Both the position numbers and the translations under genes were made by a program. The notes below the pieces were generated by a model. It was not told the DNA's origin. It was given only the letters and a program-made list of their open reading frames with translations, and did not search any database. This document shows positions 8,474-15,897 of a stretch of 64,000 bases of DNA, piece by piece. Source of the DNA: an uncultured Bdellovibrio sp. (lineage in GTDB: Bacteria; Bdellovibrionota; Bdellovibrionia; Bdellovibrionales; Bdellovibrionaceae). The stretch lies in NCBI GenBank assembly GCA_963932905.1, contig CAWVRN010000003.1, positions 220,386 through 284,385 of the forward strand, written 5' to 3'. Numbering within the stretch: position 1 is the stretch's first letter; each line of letters opens with the position of its first letter.

Positions 8474-9993
8474 TATTTCACCTTATAAATATATAGATGA
8501 CCTTCACTACGTCTTAGAATTTTTTCGCTGATGGAGACCTTGTCATTTCTGTAAACAGCGACCGACTTTACAAAACCCAGGTGGACGATTGGTACTTCAT
8601 CGAGAATTACTTTACTTACTTTCTTATAGAAAGGGTCGATTTCATCACGCTTAACGATTTTTCGCCCCTCTTCAAGAATATCTCCAACCTTTTTATTCTT
8701 TAGCATTGGACTCGCGATGGCACCTTGTGGGCCAAGCAAATGATATATTCCATCCGGGTCGCCAGAGGCCACTCCGAAAGCTCCTGGAATAATGTCGGCT
8801 TCTTGGCCATCGTAAATCGCTTTAATTAAATCGCTTTTCGATACAATTCTGGATTTATCCGAAATGGTAAGTCCTACTGATTCAAGAAAATGTCGTATTG
8901 AGACTTCTTGAACTTCCAAAAGTACGATTGGATTTAGTTTTGAAGCATCCCTTAATTCATCAACAAACTTTTTACCCTGTTCAACTCGACTTAGAACTTC
9001 TGACTCATCTATTCTCCCCGCCTGGTAAGGTAGGTACACTTGAGGATCTTGATTAGAAAAGTTTGGGTTACCGAGCAACGAATGATCTTTTTTCGCAAAT
9101 TCATAAGCCAAATACTGCAACGCTTGTCGGTACTCCCTTTTTTCGAAAAGTCTTCCTTTTTGCTGGTTTGGATATATTGCCTTGTGAGCCGCATCTTGTC
9201 CTACCAACACTGATACTTTCTCGTTCGATGATACGGTTTCTGGAATGCTACTTCCCAATGCATAGGCCATGACGTCTAACTCTCCTCGGAGCAACGCTTG
9301 ATAGGAATCCGCGGTATTAATAACTCGAAGATCAATCTCGCCTTCCGGCGGTGTTTGAAATCGCATGTTTGGAACTAACCTTAAATGATCTTGACCCAAC
9401 TCACTAATCTCGTAGGCTCCGGTGCCAATAAATTTCCCTTGAACCTCACGATAGGCCGAAAATCTACTTCCAGCGAGGTGTTCCAATGCCATCCGAAAGG
9501 AGCTTGAAAAGTTCAACTCTAAGGTCTCATCATCGATAACTTTAATTCCCGAAATTGTTCCTGTTTTCTCGAATTCTGAAAATCCATCTATTTTATACAA
9601 AACATCTAACACACTATTATTCGAAGACTTCGGATCAAGCTTTAAGGCATTTTCCCATGAGCTCTTAAAATGTTTAGCTGACAACCGAACGCCATCAGCG
9701 AAAAATCTAGAAGTATCGATCTTAAAAGTTAGTTTTTTAAAATCTGGTGATGCCGACCACTCTTTGGAAGCTAGAGGAGCATACACGCCATTTTCATTGA
9801 AACTTACTAGAGCTTCAAATTGATTGCTTAAAGTTAAATCCCCAATAAGGGTATGCTGTAGTCCCGGACTAATACTTATCCAAGGACTGTTAAACGCGAT
9901 TCTTAATGGTCGAATTTCAGTAGTTGAGTTCATTTGAACAGCCCCAAATCCAAAAAGTGTTACTAATAATATAAGTCCTAATATTCTCTTCAT
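8473..9993 (-). CDS. Family-5 (Opp/Dpp-type) extracellular solute-binding protein with no permease or ATPase genes nearby
   Basis: Signal peptide; FEALV...PLASKEW..SPD...TFKI...FADG...SAKH; GTGAY; C-terminal ILDEVPIVHL. Confidence 0.88.
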   Translation of the reverse strand: MKRILGLILLVTLFGFGAVQMNSTTEIRPLRIAFNSPWISISPGLQHTLIGDLTLSNQFEALVSFNENGVYAPLASKEWSASPDFKKLTFKIDTSRFFADGVRLSAKHFKSSWENALKLDPKSSNNSVLDVLYKIDGFSEFEKTGTISGIKVIDDETLELNFSSSFRMALEHLAGSRFSAYREVQGKFIGTGAYEISELGQDHLRLVPNMRFQTPPEGEIDLRVINTADSYQALLRGELDVMAYALGSSIPETVSSNEKVSVLVGQDAAHKAIYPNQQKGRLFEKREYRQALQYLAYEFAKKDHSLLGNPNFSNQDPQVYLPYQAGRIDESEVLSRVEQGKKFVDELRDASKLNPIVLLEVQEVSIRHFLESVGLTISDKSRIVSKSDLIKAIYDGQEADIIPGAFGVASGDPDGIYHLLGPQGAIASPMLKNKKVGDILEEGRKIVKRDEIDPFYKKVSKVILDEVPIVHLGFVKSVAVYRNDKVSISEKILRRSEGHLYIYKVK

Positions 9994-9995
9994 GA

Positions 9996-10340
9996 CTAAC
10001 TCTGTATGATATGGCTAGCACCAGCCGTAATGATCGTTTTCTCGTCCATTTGGATATAACCGTTCTCCATCATGAATTGAATCGCCTTAGCAAAGCTTTC
10101 ATCAAGGATCTCACCATTCAATCCCGTTAGCTCAGAATACCTTTGACGAGCCGATTCTAGATCAATCTGCCTCTGTCCGGTGGGAAGTAAAAGATATCTG
10201 ATTTGTCTAGCTGTTTCCCGTAGAATCCACTTTTGATTCTCGCCCTCAATCTCACTTGCTTTCCCATAAGCAGCAACTGCGACAGATGAAATTGGCATGT
10301 AGCTCAATATCAAAAGCATAATCTTTAAAATTTTCTTCAT
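9996..10340 (-). CDS. Small secreted protein; candidate radical SAM substrate/precursor
   Basis: Sec signal (MKK..hydrophobic..AVA|A); ATGA overlap with the radical SAM gene; function inferred from context only. Confidence 0.6.
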   Translation of the reverse strand: MKKILKIMLLILSYMPISSVAVAAYGKASEIEGENQKWILRETARQIRYLLLPTGQRQIDLESARQRYSELTGLNGEILDESFAKAIQFMMENGYIQMDEKTIITAGASHIIQS

Positions 10341-11407
10341 AAAACCCCCGTCTTATTTAATTCAAAATTTTCTTTCCAGCACCCTGGGTCAGGACCCAAA
10401 AAATTTCCAGTAGCAGCATACGCCGCATTCCTATCGCCCCCACATACTTCATAATGAGGACACTTTCCGCAAACTTCTACATTGCCTGCCCTTAGTTCTT
10501 TATAAATTGAATTGTTCAAATAAACTGATTCAAGCCCGTCTCTCAATGAGTGCCCTAATTTAATTTTAGATCGGCTGCTTGCGATTATATAGCCCTGATA
10601 GTCCACAACTATTAGTTCCCAATATCGACCGCTCCGTCCTAATCCAGGAATTAGCAGCTCAAATAGTGGACTCTGCGTAGCGCTCCTTACTTGGTACTTT
10701 GTAATAAAATGAATGATATTTCGATAGGCCGCTTTTAGTTCAGCGCCTTCTAACGGACGATCTTCAGAAGCGTCCAGCAAACGTCTACCATATCCTTCTG
10801 GAACAAAACGAACGAAATTTACGGATTTAAACTTGAATTCCTTTGCAAGTTTAAAAAAGTCTTCCATCCACCCACTAGTGCGATAAGAAAGCACTGACAA
10901 CACATTTACATTCATATTAAGTGCGAGGAGGTTATTAATACCATCAAGAGCCTTATCAAAATTTCCTTCTCCCCGAATGCGATCATGTCGTTTAGAGTCT
11001 GGACCATCTAGGCTCACCTGAAATTCGATATCTCCCAATGATTTCAGCTTTCTTGCTAATTCTTTGGTAACAAGTGTTCCGTTTGTAAGGATACAAATCT
11101 TTGCTCCAGGAATATTCTCTCGAATGTATTCTAATATTGGAAATAAGTGGGGGCTTACCATAGGTTCACCCCCGCAAAGTACAATCCAAGGCCGATAGTA
11201 CATTTTGCGAATGAGTGCCTTGTACTGACGCAATATTTCTTTCCACTCATTCAAAGATAAAGCACCTTCATTTTTATGGTCAGGATGGTAACAATGCACA
11301 CAACGTAAGTTACATGAATTGGTAATGTCTAACTGAATAGGAAGATACCTATCGACATTGATGGTTTTTAGCAAAAAGGCCTCAAGAATGTTATTTAGAA
11401 ACTTCAT
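10337..11407 (-). CDS. Radical SAM enzyme with SPASM-type C-terminal domain (PqqE/NirJ-like)
   Basis: CNLRCVHC (CxxxCxxC), GGEP, TNGTL, SLDG..HD.IRG.G.F; C-terminal CGKC-x5-C...GNFLGPDPGC. Confidence 0.92.
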   Translation of the reverse strand: MKFLNNILEAFLLKTINVDRYLPIQLDITNSCNLRCVHCYHPDHKNEGALSLNEWKEILRQYKALIRKMYYRPWIVLCGGEPMVSPHLFPILEYIRENIPGAKICILTNGTLVTKELARKLKSLGDIEFQVSLDGPDSKRHDRIRGEGNFDKALDGINNLLALNMNVNVLSVLSYRTSGWMEDFFKLAKEFKFKSVNFVRFVPEGYGRRLLDASEDRPLEGAELKAAYRNIIHFITKYQVRSATQSPLFELLIPGLGRSGRYWELIVVDYQGYIIASSRSKIKLGHSLRDGLESVYLNNSIYKELRAGNVEVCGKCPHYEVCGGDRNAAYAATGNFLGPDPGCWKENFELNKTGVL

Positions 11408-11609
11408 TCCCGCTCACCTTTTGCTGTATTGATTCTAATTCCTTAGCAATCATTTCGATCTTAGCAATGGCCTGTTTGTGAATCTTTGAAGACAGTTCTT
11501 GCTCATCAGATTCGCTAAGCTCTCTAGAATATTCTAGAGGTCCAACGAGTCCGAGGATATCATGCTTTAAACTCTCGATATCGATAGATTTACCCTCTAA
11601 ATATTTCAT
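11391..11609 (-). CDS. 72-aa helical protein resembling a stand-alone HisKA/DHp phosphoacceptor
   Basis: LKHDI H-box-like motif followed by a helix-loop-helix pattern; ATGA overlap with the response regulator. Confidence 0.55.
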   Translation of the reverse strand: MKYLEGKSIDIESLKHDILGLVGPLEYSRELSESDEQELSSKIHKQAIAKIEMIAKELESIQQKVSGNEVSK

Positions 11610-13135
11610 AAAGAGCCCTCCATATTTATCGAGTATTGTCTCTGTTTGGTCGTGTAGGTGTTCGTTGAAATCTTCAACAACTCTGCACCTTTTCTAATAG
11701 ATGTCTCATTCCTGTGGAGTTCTTCAAAAATTCTTCTCTCAAAAATCTCTGTAGCTATCTTGAGGCCTGGGAAATCTGCGTCGATGAAATTAGTTCGCAT
11801 CGTTTGGAGATGAGCAATATTCAAAACTTCATTTCTTTTTAAAGCAACAGGAACAGTGAGACCTATTGTCTTTTTCCATTCCTTAAGGTTTGGGCGACCA
11901 CCTTCATCGTATTTGGTATGAGCAACAAGTCTCTCGACATCGTTTTCTATTCCGCGAATATTTCCCGGGATCTCATCTCTACCAAAATACTCAAGCAAGT
12001 CTTTCGGTAGATCATGAATTTCAATTTGTTTATTTTTGTGTTCAGCACACGCCCTATTGAGAAATCCAGAAATAAGCGCTGGAATATCTTCTTTCCGATC
12101 ACTTAGTTTCGGCATCATAATTTCAAAGATTGAAATACGCATATAGAGATCTTCTCTAAATTTTCCTTCAGCAACTAGCTTCTTCAGATCCTTGTTAGTT
12201 GCAAAAATAAAGCGGGCATTGGTTTTAATAGGACGATTTCCTCCAACTCTATAGTATTCTTTTTCTTCAACTACTTTTAATAATTTGAGTTGAAGTTCAA
12301 GAGAAGCATCCCCTACCTCGTCTAAGAAAATATCGCCATCTCTCGCAACATCCAGAAGGCCCGCCTTTGTCTGTTTTGAAGCATCCGTAAATGCTCCCGG
12401 TTCTGTGCCGAACAGAATGGCTTCGGCCATGTTACGCTCAGTCGCCCCTATATTTAACTGCACAAACTCACGCGCACTCTGTGATTTAGAATCTTTGCTG
12501 AACTCACTCAGTCTTCTTGCCGCCGCACCTTTTCCTAGGCCAGTATCCCCTAGTATAAGCACGGGTCTCGACGTTTCACTCAATGCATTTAATTTTTCGC
12601 TCAATCTTTGCATTACCGGAGACTCACAAACATACGTCGAATAAAGGCCTTTTTTTCCCGGAGAACTATTTTTAGTTTTTGCGAAATCTTCAAAAAAAGA
12701 CATGAATGATTTTTTAATTATTTCTAGTCTTAGTTCAGTAGACGCATCGTCAAATGATTTAAATAGATAATTTGATGCACCTAACTTAATTGCGCGAGCA
12801 ATTTCTCTCGTCGAAACATCTGAAGTTAAAACTAGAAACTGGGATAATGGTTGGATTGATTTCAATTCCACTAGAAAGTCGATACCGTTTAATTTCTTTC
12901 CCTTTTTATCAACTCCCAGATCTTTATCCAACAGTACTAAATGTATCTTACTATCCGCTAAGAGGTCCTTTGCATCGGTCACATTGCTTGCACAAAGGAA
13001 ATTAATTTGGTCAGTACTATTTAAAGTCTTCTCCTCAACCAATTTGGAAAATATTTTTCGGCACATACCTTCTGTTGTGGTCTGCCACATTGGCTCATCA
13101 TCAATAATTAGAACTTGAATATTTTTAGAAATCAC
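11606..13135 (-). CDS. Sigma54-dependent response regulator (REC-AAA+-HTH, NtrC/LuxO-like)
   Basis: IIDDE...LLDKDL...LTS..K receiver; Walker A GDTGLGK; GAFTDA loop; FLDEV; FREDLYMRI; PGNIR; C-terminal HTH. Confidence 0.93.
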   Translation of the reverse strand: MISKNIQVLIIDDEPMWQTTTEGMCRKIFSKLVEEKTLNSTDQINFLCASNVTDAKDLLADSKIHLVLLDKDLGVDKKGKKLNGIDFLVELKSIQPLSQFLVLTSDVSTREIARAIKLGASNYLFKSFDDASTELRLEIIKKSFMSFFEDFAKTKNSSPGKKGLYSTYVCESPVMQRLSEKLNALSETSRPVLILGDTGLGKGAAARRLSEFSKDSKSQSAREFVQLNIGATERNMAEAILFGTEPGAFTDASKQTKAGLLDVARDGDIFLDEVGDASLELQLKLLKVVEEKEYYRVGGNRPIKTNARFIFATNKDLKKLVAEGKFREDLYMRISIFEIMMPKLSDRKEDIPALISGFLNRACAEHKNKQIEIHDLPKDLLEYFGRDEIPGNIRGIENDVERLVAHTKYDEGGRPNLKEWKKTIGLTVPVALKRNEVLNIAHLQTMRTNFIDADFPGLKIATEIFERRIFEELHRNETSIRKGAELLKISTNTYTTKQRQYSINMEGSL

Positions 13136-13200
13136 TGAAGGCCCCCACCTTTTCGACGAGACTGACTCTAGTTTTTTTGTTTCAGTTTTTGAAGCGCAAA

Positions 13201-13264
13201 TGTCTCACTCTGTAAAGATTCTATGTCTCAATCTTTGCGTCTCAATGTCTGAGACATTGAGACA
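13201..13264. promoter_or_regulatory. Cluster of GTCTCA / TGAGAC half-sites; candidate activator (enhancer) binding sites
   Basis: TGTCTCA at 13201 and 13224, GTCTCA at 13239, TGAGACA at 13250 and 13258, in the divergent intergenic region. Confidence 0.55.
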
Positions 13265-13354
13265 CCCATTTCAATTCTCCAAAAAACGTACTTTTCGATC
13301 ATTACCTCAGAATTCTAACCAGTTAGGCCCTCATGCAAACATTGATTGAAGCCG

Positions 13355-13369
13355 TGGCATGGTACTTGT
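13355..13369 (+). promoter_or_regulatory. Candidate sigma54 (-24/-12) promoter for the transfer operon
   Basis: TGGCATGGTACTTGT = GG-N10-GT (one mismatch to GG-N10-GC), ~60 nt upstream of ATG 13428. Confidence 0.5.
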
Positions 13370-13427
13370 CGTAAAACTATGCCAACACCTTTTCCGAGCT
13401 GAAAAGTGACAATATTTGGGGGTAAAT

Positions 13428-13730
13428 ATGAAAAACAAAATCACGAAAATTGATACTAAGACTAAGGAATTTTTATTCAAAAAGTGTCCTTCATGCCAAA
13501 GCACTGAAATTCTAAAACTCGAAGAAGATACAATTTGCCTAAGCTGCGATTGGAACTCCGCTCAAATGGATGTTACTTCGGGAAACTTCGAGAAGCGCCT
13601 CGCACTTAACGCCTTCGCCGCCAAACAAGAGAAACCAATTCGAGTAAGATCCAAGATTCTGCACCTTGATACTCCGGAATCAGACGCCACTCCAAATCAA
13701 GAGCATTTATCATTAGCGGCCTGTGAGTAA
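13428..13730 (+). CDS. Small zinc-ribbon protein
   Basis: CPSC-x13-CLSC; GGGGG RBS before ATG 13428. Confidence 0.65.
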   Translation: MKNKITKIDTKTKEFLFKKCPSCQSTEILKLEEDTICLSCDWNSAQMDVTSGNFEKRLALNAFAAKQEKPIRVRSKILHLDTPESDATPNQEHLSLAACE

Positions 13731-13733
13731 CTC

Positions 13734-13943
13734 ATGCTGGCTTATATTCTTGAAAATTCAGACGCAACCGATTCTCAAGACGGTTCGATTTTGGTGAATT
13801 CAAAAAATTGGTCATCAGAAGATTGGGAAAACTATTTGAAAACAATTGAATCTGAAAATCCCGAGGAGGAAGTATATGTTGGTACTGCAAACGATCTCGA
13901 AAATTTCGTCGCGTACAAAAAGAACAATTCGAGACTATATTAA
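13734..13943 (+). CDS. Hypothetical acidic protein
   Basis: ORF 3 nt after the previous stop. Confidence 0.5.
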   Translation: MLAYILENSDATDSQDGSILVNSKNWSSEDWENYLKTIESENPEEEVYVGTANDLENFVAYKKNNSRLY

Positions 13944-14073
13944 TGGTTGGATCTCCCATCATTCGATTGAGCATCAATGGAATTCTAGAGAGGCCGTCAC
14001 TAAGTGGAGAAACGGAGACAAAATTAACGTAGCTCTCTAACCGCTCCAATCCAAGCCACTTTTTCAAATTCAA

Positions 14074-14490
14074 ATGAGCAAAGGAATACCTATGACAACT
14101 ATTGATATTAAAAATCGATTTCACGTTTATACCGGCTTCAAAGAAGCGGCTGGAGTGAGGAACGCACTTCAGGCAGGAGAAGCCTACGAGGTTAATTCTC
14201 CTGAAAAACCACACTATATAGTTAAGATGTGGGCGTTTCCAAGAGAGCTGTTCTATTTGGTAGCTAACAAGACAGGAGACGGAAATTTCACTCTGTTTGC
14301 GAAAAAGGTTATCGGAAATGATGTTCCAACTTTTCGCCGCCCAGTCGGATTCGGTTTTGTTTCCAAAGATCTAAAGAGGCATCTTGAAATTCAATTCACG
14401 TTTCCAAGACAGCGAGTATTTATGAGCTTGTTTCCCGATCAGGTAACAATCGACAGTCTTATTTCGGAAAGTGGCGGAGTTGACCTATGA
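14074..14490 (+). CDS. Hypothetical beta-rich basic protein (possibly nucleic-acid binding); start may be 14092
   Basis: AAGGA RBS before ATG 14092; ATGA overlap with the next gene. Confidence 0.6.
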   Translation: MSKGIPMTTIDIKNRFHVYTGFKEAAGVRNALQAGEAYEVNSPEKPHYIVKMWAFPRELFYLVANKTGDGNFTLFAKKVIGNDVPTFRRPVGFGFVSKDLKRHLEIQFTFPRQRVFMSLFPDQVTIDSLISESGGVDL

Positions 14491-14807
14491 GTTCGTTCGG
14501 CAATATTCCCGTAACACTACTATTTCGATGTGATCTTAGAGACACGGCAGCGCTCGTTGGACTTGTTGAAATGAAAAAAAGAATTGGCACCATCGCCTAC
14601 ACTGGCCCCCTAGAGATGAAGAATCTGGATTATATTGGACTTCTTAATTCCTGGCTTCGCCTTCGCGGGCAGCCAATTATTTCGATTCACCCGCATTTAA
14701 AGGTCGAACAACTTGAACGAATAGTAGATCCAATTTCCGAATGGGGTTGGAAAACTTCAGAGTGTGTTGCTGCCATCAACTTAGCCGGACTGCCCTTACC
14801 AAATTAA
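14487..14807 (+). CDS. Hypothetical protein
   Basis: GGAG RBS, coupled ORF. Confidence 0.6.
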   Translation: MSSFGNIPVTLLFRCDLRDTAALVGLVEMKKRIGTIAYTGPLEMKNLDYIGLLNSWLRLRGQPIISIHPHLKVEQLERIVDPISEWGWKTSECVAAINLAGLPLPN

Positions 14808-14825
14808 TTTTTATCAGGAGAAAAA

Positions 14826-15191
14826 ATGGAAAAGAAAATTTCAAACTCGATTAGTGCCTTGTACCTATCCGCTATCGCTACAACTTTGTGGTCGTTTATG
14901 GCTTTCCTTGAAATTCAACAGCTAAATGCTGGATTTGAACTCGAACCATTCACTACCCCATTCACAGCCATTCGTTTCGCATTCGGACCGATCCTATTTG
15001 GAGTTTTAACCTTTTTCGTTGCGCAAGAGCTCAGAAAAAAAACTAAGTGGTCGTGGATTTGCGCAATTGCTCTGTTCGTTTTCAATTCCGTCGGCTTCGC
15101 ATTCGTATTTTCAATTTATGGAATAGTACAATTGTGCGACCAGGAAGTAAGGGAATATTTTCTAAAGCAAATGGACTTTAACCTGAATTAG
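14826..15191 (+). CDS. Small multi-TM membrane protein
   Basis: Three to four hydrophobic segments; AGGAG RBS. Confidence 0.65.
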   Translation: MEKKISNSISALYLSAIATTLWSFMAFLEIQQLNAGFELEPFTTPFTAIRFAFGPILFGVLTFFVAQELRKKTKWSWICAIALFVFNSVGFAFVFSIYGIVQLCDQEVREYFLKQMDFNLN

Positions 15192-15252
15192 CCTCAACGA
15201 AATCATTTCGTAAATTTAAGAGCCACTTAACCCACAAACAAAGGAATGGAAC

Positions 15253-15534
15253 ATGAAAATGTCCAACGGTTTGTTTGCGATTGTGTTGGCTCTATCGTTG
15301 TTTATGCCACTTACAGGTTTCTGTAGTGTCGAATCCACCCTAGGGACAATTCAATCCAAACTAATAAATCAAATTCTACCACTATGCGCGGTACTGGGAC
15401 TGGTGTTTGCCGCTTTCTCATTTTTTACGGGAAATGCAAATGCTCGGTCCCATCTATGGCTCGCGATTATGGGAATGGTCATTGGTTTCGGTGCGCCTAG
15501 TATTATGACCTTTATTCGCGGCTTAGTTAACTAA
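15253..15534 (+). CDS. virB2: VirB2/TrbC-like conjugative pilin
   Basis: Signal peptide plus two hydrophobic helices ending IIGFGAPSI-like (MVIGFGAPSIM); precedes VirB3/VirB4. Confidence 0.8.
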   Translation: MKMSNGLFAIVLALSLFMPLTGFCSVESTLGTIQSKLINQILPLCAVLGLVFAAFSFFTGNANARSHLWLAIMGMVIGFGAPSIMTFIRGLVN

Positions 15535-15573
15535 ATTCGAAATCTCATTAGCCACTCTACCCTTTTTTGCGGG

Positions 15574-15897
15574 ATGCAAATGCCATTAAAAACGGAACCA
15601 ACTAGCCACAGTTTAGAAAGAAAATTATTAATATTAGGATACGAAGTTCCGGACGTCCTGGCTATTTTTCTGCTACTCTCAATCCTTAATTTTTTATTCG
15701 GATCAACAAACCAAAAATTACTTCTGGTCTGGCTTCCCGTCGTCGTTGTGGCGCTGGTACTAAAAATAGGTAAACGAGGAAAACCAGATAATTATTTAAT
15801 TCATCTTGCAAAATTTCAGTTTAATCCAAAATACCTGTCTGCCTTCAGTGAGCCGTCGAACTCAAAACCTTCACCAAAAATAGGAAAAACAAAATGA
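15574..15897 (+). CDS. VirB3/TraL-like inner-membrane T4SS protein
   Basis: Two TM, SL.R.LLILG motif, GKPDNYL; ATGA overlap with VirB4. Confidence 0.7.
   Translation: MQMPLKTEPTSHSLERKLLILGYEVPDVLAIFLLLSILNFLFGSTNQKLLLVWLPVVVVALVLKIGKRGKPDNYLIHLAKFQFNPKYLSAFSEPSNSKPSPKIGKTK

Noticed and set aside
13370..13384. Minus-strand TGGCATAGTTTTACG as a sigma54 promoter for the regulator operon
   Set aside because: -24 box is good but the -12 box (TACG) is poor; kept only as a remark.
13732..14214. 160-aa minus-strand ORF and other antisense ORFs within dnaE, guaAB, miaB, aceAB and virB4
   Set aside because: They overlap better-supported genes on the opposite strand and have no recognisable motifs.
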